From the sequence record SRR31156797_3844: a DNA stretch of 54,638 bases; one strand, given 5' to 3'. Shown here in pieces: positions 28,181 through 37,897 of this stretch. The notes beneath the pieces were generated by a model. It saw only the letters and a list, made by a program, of their open reading frames with translations. It ran no database searches and was not told where the DNA came from. Position 1 is the stretch's first letter; every line of letters starts with the position of its first letter. The position numbers were made by a program, and so were the translations under genes.

Positions 28181-31100
28181 TGAAAAATAATAACGATACA
28201 TACCAATTCAGGAATTTGAAAAAGTCTGTTTCCGGAAGGGTAATCTATAAAAAAGGGTTGCTGCTTGTTGTGAGTTTATTGATGAACTTGTATGCTTTGG
28301 CAACCATTCAACTTCCGAATATACCATCACAGGCTGAATTCAATCGACAATATGAGTTCAATGCTGAATATGCCATTCGGGTTGATCTCAGTGGATCATA
28401 CTTAGAATCCGGTGCTATTATAGCCTATGTGGGAAATCAGATCAGGGGAGCACAAACTACCTCTGAAACATTTCCTTTAACCGGAGATAAAGTCTACAAA
28501 CTACGTATTTATAGCAATAGCGCCTCGGGCGAAACTATTACCTTGAGATATTATGATATTTTCAATGACAAAATTTATGAAATCACGGAAGACATAAGTT
28601 TTGAAGCTGATGCGATACCGGATTATAGTGCACCGGAAATATTGCATGCATTCTGTCCACCTCCGGTCGTAGCCACTTTAATAAATCCGGCGAATGATGC
28701 TATTGATGTAGATACGAGAGTAAACTTCAATTGGGAAGGTTCTGCCGAGAATTCATACTATGGCTTATTATTGTGGAAGAACGGTGATTCGGAACCAGGT
28801 ACGCCATACATTTCGAACATTACCGGTACATATCGAACTGTTTACAATTTGCAAAATGCTACCGATTATCTATGGCGAATCATATCATATAATGGTTGCA
28901 ACAGCGATACCAGTAGCATCGCTAATTTTACCACCAGAGGTTTGCCGGATTTAACAGTCAGTGCTGTTTCGCCTCCGGCTACAGTTGAGTCTGCTACCTT
29001 ATTCAACATTCAGTTTACGGTTGATAATATTAATGTTGGCGCTACTGTTGAAAATAGTTGGTACGATGCTGTTTATATTTCAAGTGATGATATATATGAC
29101 AATAACGACTTGTATTTGGGTAGAGTGCGACATACCACTCAGGTTTTAGGCAACAGTAATTACATAGGTTCTATGGATGCTTTGCTTCCTGCAGAATACG
29201 ATGGTTCCTATTATATTATTGTGCGATCTGATGTGTACAACAATGTAAACGAAACCAATAACGACAACAACCTTGGTATTACTGCCGAAGCTATCACAGT
29301 GAACCGAAAAGCTTTACCAGATATTGAAGTTACTGGCATTTCTGCAACAGAGAGCCTGGTGCAACCAGGTGATAGTGTTACCATTTCCTGGACAGTTGAA
29401 AATAACACAGGCGTTGACGCTGTTGGTGGATGGACTGAAAAAGTATCATTAAATACGCTTACCGGTTTAAAAGTACAATTAAGCGGAACACCTTTATACG
29501 AAGGAAATTTAAACGCGGGTGAATCAGTTGGCAGATCTGCACGCTTTAAAATTCCTAATACCTTACCTTTTTCAGGTGATACACATCTTGAGGTTTCCTT
29601 ATTTCCTGGTAACGACCTAATAGAAGAACCAGGAGGCGAAAGCAACAATAATTTAGTTTCCACTTCAACCATAAATATCGGAAGCCAGCTTTACATCGAC
29701 ATTCCAACTAGTTCATTGGTTGAAAACTCAAGTACACAACTCAGATGTCGTGTTTCACGGAGTAGTAACCCGGCCACACCTTTAGAGGTGACTTTAAATA
29801 CTGATGTAGCCGATCAAATCAGCATACCAACCACGGTTACAATTCCTTCGAGCAGTTATTCTTCTATTTTTTATTTGTCAGTTATTGATAATGAAATTTT
29901 AGATGGATCAAGAGATGTAGGCATCACAGCAACAGCAGCTTTGCATAACGATACCACTGTAGTATTTACCGTATATGATAACGAAGTAGTTTCGTTAAGT
30001 GCTGCATTTAACGAAACAGAGGCAAACGAAGGCGATGCACTTACATTAACCATAAGTCGCAACCTGGTAACTGATCAGGAAGTAGTGGTTGATTTGTATT
30101 CAACATCTACACGCCAATGGACTTTTGATAAAAAAGCGACTATTCCTGCTAATGAACCATCCGTAGATATTACTGTAAATATTACTGATGATGATATAGC
30201 AGAATTAACTGCTCCGGTAACCATGCGCATCAGCTCACCGGGCATGAATCAAACCGAAAGCATTGTCAACATTATAGATGATGACATACCGGGTATAGAA
30301 CTGGAAATATTTACAGATACCATTTCAGAATCCGGCGGTCCTTATGCCACTTGGGGTATCCTTAGAAAAACAGATACAGAAGACAGTTATGTAAGAGTTC
30401 GTTTATCGACGAATTATAACGATGCGCTTTTCTTCCCTGCCGAAGTTACTTTGCCGGTTGGAACACCTCAAAAACAATTTAATCTGGGCGCTATTGACAA
30501 CGGATTAGTTGATGGTACCAGAGATGTAATTCTAACAGGTGCGGTTTATTTATCTTCCTGTAATTGTAATACAACAGCTGCTAATGGCGGTGTTGTTTCC
30601 GGTACTATTACGGTTTTAGATAATGATGGACCAACGCTGTCCGTAAGCTTTAATCCTTTATCATTACCTGAAGGAAAAGAAAATGCTGGTCAGGTTACTG
30701 TTGTAAGAAACACACCTACAGACAGTCCACTTACAGTTAATTTATTTCATAATGATGCCACAGAGTTAAGTCTGCCAGCCACCTTAACTATTCCTCAAGG
30801 TGAAATATCGGCCTTTGCTAATATATCTACCATTAACGACGACGAGGAAGATGGCAATCAACAAGTTACTATCCGGGCAGAAGCAGAAGGCTTTACACCG
30901 GGTGTGGGTTGGATATATGTTACAGATCAGAACAAACCGGATCTGCATCCGCTTGATTTGACGATAAGTAGTCCAACCGTGGTAACAGGTGATCAACTAG
31001 AAGTACGATGTCAGATACTGAATCAGGGACTAGCTCCTTCTCCAACAGGTTTTGAGGTGAGTGTTTTCCTTTCCAGTGATGCTCTGGTTGATGATAATGA

Positions 31101-34100
31101 TGACGAACTTGGACGATTCATGTTGGATGCCCCAATTATTCCGGGAGAATTCACTGAATTTTGGGAATTGGTAACTGTTCCTGATAAAACAGGAGATTAC
31201 AATATATTATTAAAAGTAAATCCTAATTCTGCCCATACCGAGCTTATTTATGTCAACAACACCACCACTCCGGTGGCTGTTGAATTAGTTCCCGGATATA
31301 ATGGTATGGCTACGGTTGATGAAGAACAATTCATTAAACCAAGTGAAATTACCATATACGGATCAGCTACTTCTATACATGGTGAAGCTATGCCAAATGT
31401 AGGCTTAGATGTTTATTTGATTACAAACGGCATTCGTCAGGAAATAGAAGTGACCACAGATGAATCGGGTAATTATACGACTACCTTTGAACCACTTGAA
31501 GGCAGTGCCGGACACTATATTGTTGGCGCTTGTTATCCAGATCAAAAACTGGATGAAATACAGGATGAGTTTGATATTTTAGGTATGAAACGTCTGGGTG
31601 ACCGTTGGGTTGTTTGGGATATTCTGTACAATGTGGACAATACCGGTAACATCACCCTTCAAAACTTAAGTAATGTGGATTTAACCGAGGTTAAATTCAT
31701 TACCGGAGAAGTTCCTGAGGGCTTTGAATTAGAAATTGATACAATAGATGTATTGCCTGGTGGCGGTACGGCTCAATTCTCTTATAACATCAGAGGAACC
31801 AGCCTCACCGAAAGCAACGACTATCTGCAAGTTCCTGTTCTGTTAGTATCGAACGAAGGGGTTGAACTTAGCTTTAATGTATACTATTATTGCCAGGCTC
31901 AACAAGGACATATCAAGTCGTTACCTTCAAGTATTAACACTACTATGACCAAAGGAAAATCTCGTTTATACGAGTTCAGAATCTTTAATGATGGTGCAGG
32001 TGAAACAGGTGAAGTAGCCATCGATATTCCGGATTTTGAATGGATGAGTTTATTAACTACAGACACCATTCCAACTATTCTTTCCGGAGACACCACAACA
32101 GTTACATTACAGTTATCGCCAGGCGATGATATTCCTTTGAATACGCCGATTTCAGGAAATATCGCTATTAATGTAGATAATGGAAATAACATTTTTATTC
32201 CTTATCGCATTGAGGCCGTTTCTGAAGAAACTGGAAACCTGATTGTAGATGTGATTGATGAGTATACCTATTACACCGATGAAGCACCTCACGTGGCCAA
32301 TGCTCAGGTTGTTATTCGACATCCTTTTAGCGGTGTTATTATAGCTGAAGGGTTTACCAATTCAGATGGTTTATTCACCGTTAATAATATTCCTGAAGGT
32401 ACTTACCGTATGTACATACAGGCCGATAAGCACGAAGGTTATCAGGATGTTATTTACATTGATCCGGGTAGAACCAACACCCAAAGTATATTCCTTAGTT
32501 TCCAGGCCATCACTTATACCTGGGAAGTAATTCCGACTGAGATTGAAGATGAATATCAAATAGACCTCATCATGGAATTCGAAACCAACGTACCGGTTCC
32601 AGTGGTGACTATTGAAATGCCGAAAACGATGCCTGCACTGATTGGTGATGAAACCTACACCTTCGCAATTACTCTAACAAACAAAGGGTTAATAACAGCA
32701 AATGATGTAGAACTAACTTTACCAACAGATGATGAATATGAATTTGTAAGCAATTACTCAGTTATGGATCTGTTGGCTCAACAAGCTATTCAGGTTCCTG
32801 TAATTATGCGACGCAAAGATGCACAAACGATAAAAAGTGCCAGTGCGACACAATCCTCCGAAAGTTGTTCTGATTATGTCATCACCGTATACTCATACTA
32901 TTGTGGTGATAATGGCAGATGGCAACAAGGAAGTGCCATGTTTAGCTACACCGGAAGAAGTTGTACCGGAACCGGATGGGGCGACCCATTTGGCGGCGGC
33001 GGTGGTGGAGGCTACGGCGGCGGCCCATCGCTTGGTGGCGGTGGCGGCGGTGGCCTGTCCTCATCAGGAGGTACACCTTCTATCTCATCCAATACAACCA
33101 GTTGCGACGAGTGTATTGAAGCTCTTGCTGTGAATGCCATTGGATGTGCCGGCCCTTACGGTAATGCATTTGCATGTGGATACTCATTTGGCGATGGTGT
33201 TTCTCTAAAAGATGTTGTAATGTGCGGACTTGGATTTACTCCTATTGGTTGTCCTTTGGCTATTTTGGATGCACTCATTACTTGCTATGGTTCTATCGGA
33301 GGCGGCCCTCCGGGAGGTTTTGGTGGTTTTGCAGCGCCTAACCTAAAAAGCACTCAGGCTGGAACAATTCCTCCAATAATTGATCAGGCAGCTATTGACC
33401 TGTCCTACATTCAGTTTGAAATGGATGCATTCTTCAACTATCTCGATCAGTATTTTGGAATCCTTGATTGGAAAACAAAAGAAAGCATTATCGACTTTGT
33501 AGATCAGGTTACTAATTATATTGATAATCAACAACCTATTTCTGCATCTGAAATGGAAGCCATTTTGGTTGCCATGGCAGATACCGATATTACACCGGAA
33601 GAAATAGCAGCCTTTGTTGCCCGATGGAATTCAACTGTTGAAGCCTGGAATGCCGGCATCTATTCTCCAACAGAAGAATATCCCGACATCGTGGATCAAT
33701 CGGCTTTAAATAAGAGTTACGAAGACGTACAAACAGTTATAGACTATACTGAAAGCAGAGACTTTTATGATGTAGATGAGATGTACAACACAAGCATCAC
33801 AACTATCGAGGAACAAATTGATGAAAAACGAGGTAGCGTGTGTGCTTCTGTTACTATCAAAATTTCGCAAAAATTGACTATGACTCGCGAAGCCTTTGAA
33901 GGTACATTAACCATCTTTAATGGTAACGAAACAACTCCAATGGAAGAAATCGAGCTGAATCTTGAAATCAAAGACGAAAACGGAAGATTAAGCAATGATT
34001 TGTTTGAAATTGAAACCAAAGCGCTGGATATTCTTACCGGAATAGATGGAACAGGTACTTTAGGTGCCAACCAAAAAGGTAGTGCTACAGTATTATTTAT

Positions 34101-37100
34101 ACCAGAAAAAGGTGCTGCCCCAACTGTACCGAAGAGTTATTCATTCGGAGGTAGTTTCTCTTACTTAGATCCATTTACCGGAACTACAGTAACCAAACCA
34201 TTATTCCCGGTTACGCTGGATGTACATCCTTCGCCTGATTTATTCTTGCATTACTTTATGCAACGTGATATTTTAGGTGACGATGCACTTACCGAAAATG
34301 TGGTTGAACCAATTGTTCCGGCAGAATTAGCTGTCATGATTGAAAACAACGGATATGGTCAGGCCAAAAATGTAGTCATCGAATCGACTCAGCCTGAAAT
34401 CATTGAAAATGAAAAAGGATTGGCGATTCACTTTGAGTTAATCGGTTCTAACCTTCAGGGTGAACCTACGCAACTTGGACTAATTAATATTGACTTTGGA
34501 CATATTGATCCAATGACAACCAAAATTGGACAATGGTGGTTTACTTCTGATTTATTGGGTCACTTTATCAATTACGAAGCACATGTTACCCACCTCGACA
34601 GCAGAGGTAATCCGGACTTAAGTCTGGTAAGCGGTGCCGAACTGCATGAGTTAATAAAGAGTATTCGTATTTACGGCACGCAGGACGACGGCATTAACGA
34701 CTTCCTGGTAAATGAAGTGCAGGATTCAAAAGAAACTCCTGATGCCATTTACATTTCTCAGGGTCAGGTAGTGCTGGATGTTGAACAGGCTCGTACTGCT
34801 ATTATGACCGGTTTCCCAACTACGGGAAGCACATACTTATTTGCCTCACCGGAACACATTGGATGGAATTATCTGAAGATTAATGATCCAGGACATGATA
34901 ACTTCAGTATTGAAAGTGTTACTCGTGTGAGCGATGGTCAGGAAATTCCTTTAGATAATATGTGGTTAACACACGTTACCTTACCGGATGGTAAAGAACC
35001 TGTTTACGAAGACAAATTGCACTTTGTAGATAATTTCCCATCCATGGAAACCGAAGAGTATATCATTACATGGAAAGTAAATCAGGGTGATGCACCTAAG
35101 ATTGTTTCCATAACCGGAACTCCGGATCATATGGTTACAGAACAGGTTCCTGGTGCAAGGGTTATCTTTAATAAGCCAATTGATGCCAGTACTTTCGACC
35201 ATGAAGATCTGACCTTAAGGTTACAAGGTGGAAATGATATAATGGATGCATCGGTTACGGTTACCCCTGTGGATGCCTATACTTTTGATATTGATTTAAC
35301 TTCGTTAACTACCGGAGATGGTTATTATGTATTAACCGTTCAGGCTAACGAAATCTATGATCAGTTTGGAATTAGTGGCACCGAAGGTAAGTTTGTTTCA
35401 TGGACACAATTCCTTGGTGCTCCAGCTGTTCAGTCCTTTATCGGATTACCGGAAACCTTGGCTGGTCCTCCATTCAATACACTGGAAATTGAATTCAATA
35501 TTCCGGTAGATGTAGCTACTGTTACACCGGAAAGCTTTGCGATTAGTCACTATGGTAGTCTGGTTGATGGTAATTTATCTGTAACTCATGTGAGTGGCGA
35601 TACTTTGTTCTTATTGTCCGGTTTCGCTGACTTTATGCTGTTTGATGGTGAATATACGCTTGAAATAGATTTAACCTCTATTGAAAGCAGTGAAGGAACC
35701 GCCGGATTAATTCAACAAACGGTAAGCTGGAAAGTAGATACAACAGCTCCTGAGGTGGTTGAAATAAGACCAAGTACCGACAATGGTTACGATTGGCAGC
35801 ATTATGCCGAAATGGAAGTAGAGTTTTCTGAAGGCATCACCGCCTTTACCATTGAGGAAATTGAACTTTGGTTAGATGATGTGCAACAACCATTATCGCA
35901 ACTTCATGTGGACGAACTGGATTACAACAGGTATCTGTTATCTCAATTCAGATTATTGACTTACCATGAGGGTAATTATACTTTAATTTTTCATATGGAA
36001 CAGATTAGCGATAGTGCCGGACTTACAGGAAGTGAACCTTATGAATTCACATGGACAGTAGACCGTTCCGGTGCAGCTCCGGTTGAGAACTTGAGAATAG
36101 CTCCTGACCTGGGATTCTCTGATGCCGATGGTATAACTTCAACCAAAGTATTGGATGTCATAATGGATGTTCCGGATAATGTGGACGACATTGAGATATA
36201 CCAAAACGACAATGGAACTTTAACGCAATTGGCTGTTGAAGAAGGCGTATCAACAGGTGCATTAACCATTCCGGTTGTATTACCAACAGGTGGTCATATG
36301 AAGATTGAAGCCCATAGTGTGAATGCTACCAGTGATCCGGCCATAGCCTCCATACCTGTATTTGTTGACGAGGCTCCGTTAACCGCTCAACTTAAAGGCA
36401 TTCCAACTACAACAGTTGCCAGCAATCCTTCTGCAATTGAAATTGTTTTCTCCAAAAACATTATGGAAACAACAATTGGAAGTGATATTGTCAGCTTAAC
36501 CATTGACAATGTACCTGTACCATTAAGTGGATTGGCCTTTACGCAGGTTTCTGATTCCATTTTTACCTTATCCGGTTTAGATTTATTGCCAGTGGTTACA
36601 GGTAAATATGTGATGAGCGTAAATATTTCATCCTTACATAAAAACTCCAGCGGAATTGCGGGAGTAGGCATAGTAAATGGCCAATGGTCAGTTTCTAGTG
36701 CTAACCAGGCTCCTGTTGCCAATGCTGGTGAGGATATGCTGATTTCTTCTTCAGGTACTTACAATTTGGATGCATCCGGTTCATCCGATCCTAACAACGA
36801 TGCATTAAGTTATACCTGGTATGCTCCTGAAGGATTTGTGTTAGATGATATCAATGCTGAAATGCCGGAATTTACGGTTGATGAAGCTGTGGCTGATGGT
36901 GTGTATACCTTTATTTTATCTGTAAAAGATGGAAAAACAACCAGTACCGATAAAGTGGATGTGGTAGTTTCCTTAACTACAGATATCAATAAAGTAGAAC
37001 CATCTGTTGATTTCACTTTATTCCCTAATCCTTCCAGTGGATTAATTTATATTGTGGAAGGTGATGTTCAGATTCTTAAAATTTTGATTTTTGACGCTGA

Positions 37101-37242
37101 TGGACGTGCCGTATTTAATGCACAGCCAGCAGAAGACGAAACCATAGAGTTGAATCTGCAGCATTTAGCAAGCGGTATATATCATATCATTATTGTAAGC
37201 GATGAAGATATGGTTACGAAAAAAGTAGTCATTAGTAAGTAA
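28180..37242 (+). CDS. Giant (3020 aa) T9SS-secreted multidomain protein: CARDB x3, Calx-beta-like x4, carboxypeptidase-regulatory-like, Cys/Gly-rich insert, Ig-like, PKD, CTD (protein C)
   Basis: Start overlaps the stop of gene B (TAATG); signal peptide; CARDB starts LPDLTV / LPDIEV / KPDLHP; Calx-beta-like IDNEILDG, TDDDIAE, IDNGLVDG, INDDEEDG; PKD NQAPVANAGED; CTD LFPNPSSG...FDADGR...LASGIYHI...KKVVI. Confidence 0.85.
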   Translation: MKNNNDTYQFRNLKKSVSGRVIYKKGLLLVVSLLMNLYALATIQLPNIPSQAEFNRQYEFNAEYAIRVDLSGSYLESGAIIAYVGNQIRGAQTTSETFPLTGDKVYKLRIYSNSASGETITLRYYDIFNDKIYEITEDISFEADAIPDYSAPEILHAFCPPPVVATLINPANDAIDVDTRVNFNWEGSAENSYYGLLLWKNGDSEPGTPYISNITGTYRTVYNLQNATDYLWRIISYNGCNSDTSSIANFTTRGLPDLTVSAVSPPATVESATLFNIQFTVDNINVGATVENSWYDAVYISSDDIYDNNDLYLGRVRHTTQVLGNSNYIGSMDALLPAEYDGSYYIIVRSDVYNNVNETNNDNNLGITAEAITVNRKALPDIEVTGISATESLVQPGDSVTISWTVENNTGVDAVGGWTEKVSLNTLTGLKVQLSGTPLYEGNLNAGESVGRSARFKIPNTLPFSGDTHLEVSLFPGNDLIEEPGGESNNNLVSTSTINIGSQLYIDIPTSSLVENSSTQLRCRVSRSSNPATPLEVTLNTDVADQISIPTTVTIPSSSYSSIFYLSVIDNEILDGSRDVGITATAALHNDTTVVFTVYDNEVVSLSAAFNETEANEGDALTLTISRNLVTDQEVVVDLYSTSTRQWTFDKKATIPANEPSVDITVNITDDDIAELTAPVTMRISSPGMNQTESIVNIIDDDIPGIELEIFTDTISESGGPYATWGILRKTDTEDSYVRVRLSTNYNDALFFPAEVTLPVGTPQKQFNLGAIDNGLVDGTRDVILTGAVYLSSCNCNTTAANGGVVSGTITVLDNDGPTLSVSFNPLSLPEGKENAGQVTVVRNTPTDSPLTVNLFHNDATELSLPATLTIPQGEISAFANISTINDDEEDGNQQVTIRAEAEGFTPGVGWIYVTDQNKPDLHPLDLTISSPTVVTGDQLEVRCQILNQGLAPSPTGFEVSVFLSSDALVDDNDDELGRFMLDAPIIPGEFTEFWELVTVPDKTGDYNILLKVNPNSAHTELIYVNNTTTPVAVELVPGYNGMATVDEEQFIKPSEITIYGSATSIHGEAMPNVGLDVYLITNGIRQEIEVTTDESGNYTTTFEPLEGSAGHYIVGACYPDQKLDEIQDEFDILGMKRLGDRWVVWDILYNVDNTGNITLQNLSNVDLTEVKFITGEVPEGFELEIDTIDVLPGGGTAQFSYNIRGTSLTESNDYLQVPVLLVSNEGVELSFNVYYYCQAQQGHIKSLPSSINTTMTKGKSRLYEFRIFNDGAGETGEVAIDIPDFEWMSLLTTDTIPTILSGDTTTVTLQLSPGDDIPLNTPISGNIAINVDNGNNIFIPYRIEAVSEETGNLIVDVIDEYTYYTDEAPHVANAQVVIRHPFSGVIIAEGFTNSDGLFTVNNIPEGTYRMYIQADKHEGYQDVIYIDPGRTNTQSIFLSFQAITYTWEVIPTEIEDEYQIDLIMEFETNVPVPVVTIEMPKTMPALIGDETYTFAITLTNKGLITANDVELTLPTDDEYEFVSNYSVMDLLAQQAIQVPVIMRRKDAQTIKSASATQSSESCSDYVITVYSYYCGDNGRWQQGSAMFSYTGRSCTGTGWGDPFGGGGGGGYGGGPSLGGGGGGGLSSSGGTPSISSNTTSCDECIEALAVNAIGCAGPYGNAFACGYSFGDGVSLKDVVMCGLGFTPIGCPLAILDALITCYGSIGGGPPGGFGGFAAPNLKSTQAGTIPPIIDQAAIDLSYIQFEMDAFFNYLDQYFGILDWKTKESIIDFVDQVTNYIDNQQPISASEMEAILVAMADTDITPEEIAAFVARWNSTVEAWNAGIYSPTEEYPDIVDQSALNKSYEDVQTVIDYTESRDFYDVDEMYNTSITTIEEQIDEKRGSVCASVTIKISQKLTMTREAFEGTLTIFNGNETTPMEEIELNLEIKDENGRLSNDLFEIETKALDILTGIDGTGTLGANQKGSATVLFIPEKGAAPTVPKSYSFGGSFSYLDPFTGTTVTKPLFPVTLDVHPSPDLFLHYFMQRDILGDDALTENVVEPIVPAELAVMIENNGYGQAKNVVIESTQPEIIENEKGLAIHFELIGSNLQGEPTQLGLINIDFGHIDPMTTKIGQWWFTSDLLGHFINYEAHVTHLDSRGNPDLSLVSGAELHELIKSIRIYGTQDDGINDFLVNEVQDSKETPDAIYISQGQVVLDVEQARTAIMTGFPTTGSTYLFASPEHIGWNYLKINDPGHDNFSIESVTRVSDGQEIPLDNMWLTHVTLPDGKEPVYEDKLHFVDNFPSMETEEYIITWKVNQGDAPKIVSITGTPDHMVTEQVPGARVIFNKPIDASTFDHEDLTLRLQGGNDIMDASVTVTPVDAYTFDIDLTSLTTGDGYYVLTVQANEIYDQFGISGTEGKFVSWTQFLGAPAVQSFIGLPETLAGPPFNTLEIEFNIPVDVATVTPESFAISHYGSLVDGNLSVTHVSGDTLFLLSGFADFMLFDGEYTLEIDLTSIESSEGTAGLIQQTVSWKVDTTAPEVVEIRPSTDNGYDWQHYAEMEVEFSEGITAFTIEEIELWLDDVQQPLSQLHVDELDYNRYLLSQFRLLTYHEGNYTLIFHMEQISDSAGLTGSEPYEFTWTVDRSGAAPVENLRIAPDLGFSDADGITSTKVLDVIMDVPDNVDDIEIYQNDNGTLTQLAVEEGVSTGALTIPVVLPTGGHMKIEAHSVNATSDPAIASIPVFVDEAPLTAQLKGIPTTTVASNPSAIEIVFSKNIMETTIGSDIVSLTIDNVPVPLSGLAFTQVSDSIFTLSGLDLLPVVTGKYVMSVNISSLHKNSSGIAGVGIVNGQWSVSSANQAPVANAGEDMLISSSGTYNLDASGSSDPNNDALSYTWYAPEGFVLDDINAEMPEFTVDEAVADGVYTFILSVKDGKTTSTDKVDVVVSLTTDINKVEPSVDFTLFPNPSSGLIYIVEGDVQILKILIFDADGRAVFNAQPAEDETIELNLQHLASGIYHIIIVSDEDMVTKKVVISK

Positions 37243-37261
37243 TAACACATACCGTTTAGAA

Positions 37262-37304
37262 ACAAAGAGGTTGTACTTTATGGGTGCAGCCTCTTTGTGT
37301 TTTG
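37262..37304 (+). terminator. Terminator of the A-B-C operon
   Basis: 15-bp stem ACAAAGAGGTTGTAC / GTGCAGCCTCTTTGT (two G-U pairs), 7-nt loop, then GTTTT. Confidence 0.75.
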
Positions 37305-37344
37305 TAAGGATGAAAACAGAGTGAATTTTAAGTATTGATAGGCT

Positions 37345-37648
37345 TGCACACTTGTGCATATCTAACATTTTTCTAAAATGAGCTTTGCACGTTTGTGCAT
37401 GAGGTGTTTTTCAAATTAAATGGATAATGCACAGATGTGCAAAGGTCAAAAATTTTAAAAGTTGGCTTTGCACACTTGTGCAAACGGTTCTGTTTTAAAA
37501 AGTGAGGCTTGCACATCTGTGCAATGGGCATTTTTAAAATAAAATGGGTCTTGCACACTTGTGCACGTGCAGAAAAAAATAAAAATGAGGTTCGCATGTT
37601 TGTGCAAGCCAATAATTTTAAAAAATTACTTAATTATTTATCTGTGCA
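37345..37648. repeat. Regularly interspaced palindromic array: 8 copies of TGCACAnnTGTGCA (last two degenerate) with 27-28 bp AT-rich spacers
   Basis: 14-mers start at 37345, 37386, 37428, 37469, 37510, 37552, 37593, 37635 (steps 41,42,41,41,42,41,42). Confidence 0.95.
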
Positions 37649-37799
37649 ACCATTGCTTAGCAAAATATTTAGATGTTGTTGTACAGATAAAGAATCTGTT
37701 AAATTAAATAGGTGGAACTAAACACAATTGAAGCAATTACTGAAAATAGGCATATTCGTAATTTGAAATTACTATTACCGTTTATTTGCGAATTGGAGC

Positions 37800-37838
37800 A
37801 AAAAAATAAAGCAGTAAAAAATCATCTTTTACTGCTTT
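37800..37838 (-). terminator. Terminator of the acyltransferase operon
   Basis: 12-bp stem AAAGCAGTAAAA / TTTTACTGCTTT with an A-run on its left side (U-tract on the minus strand). Confidence 0.8.
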
Positions 37839-37897
37839 TACTTTATAAGAGACTTAATCGTCTCCAATCAATATATGATTAATGTTCCAGGTCAATA

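Noticed and set aside
19683-37242. A true cellulolytic cellulosome
   Set aside because: No glycoside hydrolase catalytic domain or CBM3 was recognised in A, B or C; only the assembly modules resemble cellulosomes.
37345-37648. Calling the palindromic array a CRISPR array
   Set aside because: The repeat is only 14 bp with a variable centre, the spacers share a compositional pattern, and there is no cas gene in the window. Kept as an unexplained repeat array.
37676-37698. Possible ninth repeat (TGTACAGAT...)
   Set aside because: Out of register (about 45 bp from the previous unit) and lacks the right half-site.
37165-37721. Short ORFs over the array (37165-37368 -, 37373-37612 -, 37509-37721 +)
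   Set aside because: Their recurring H.CA / CT.V / AQ.C words are just the palindrome read in shifting frames; the 41/42 period breaks frame and they occur on both strands.
19311-37897. The giant operon as a mobile genomic island
   Set aside because: No integrase, transposase, tRNA or flanking direct repeat was seen; horizontal origin cannot be shown from this window.
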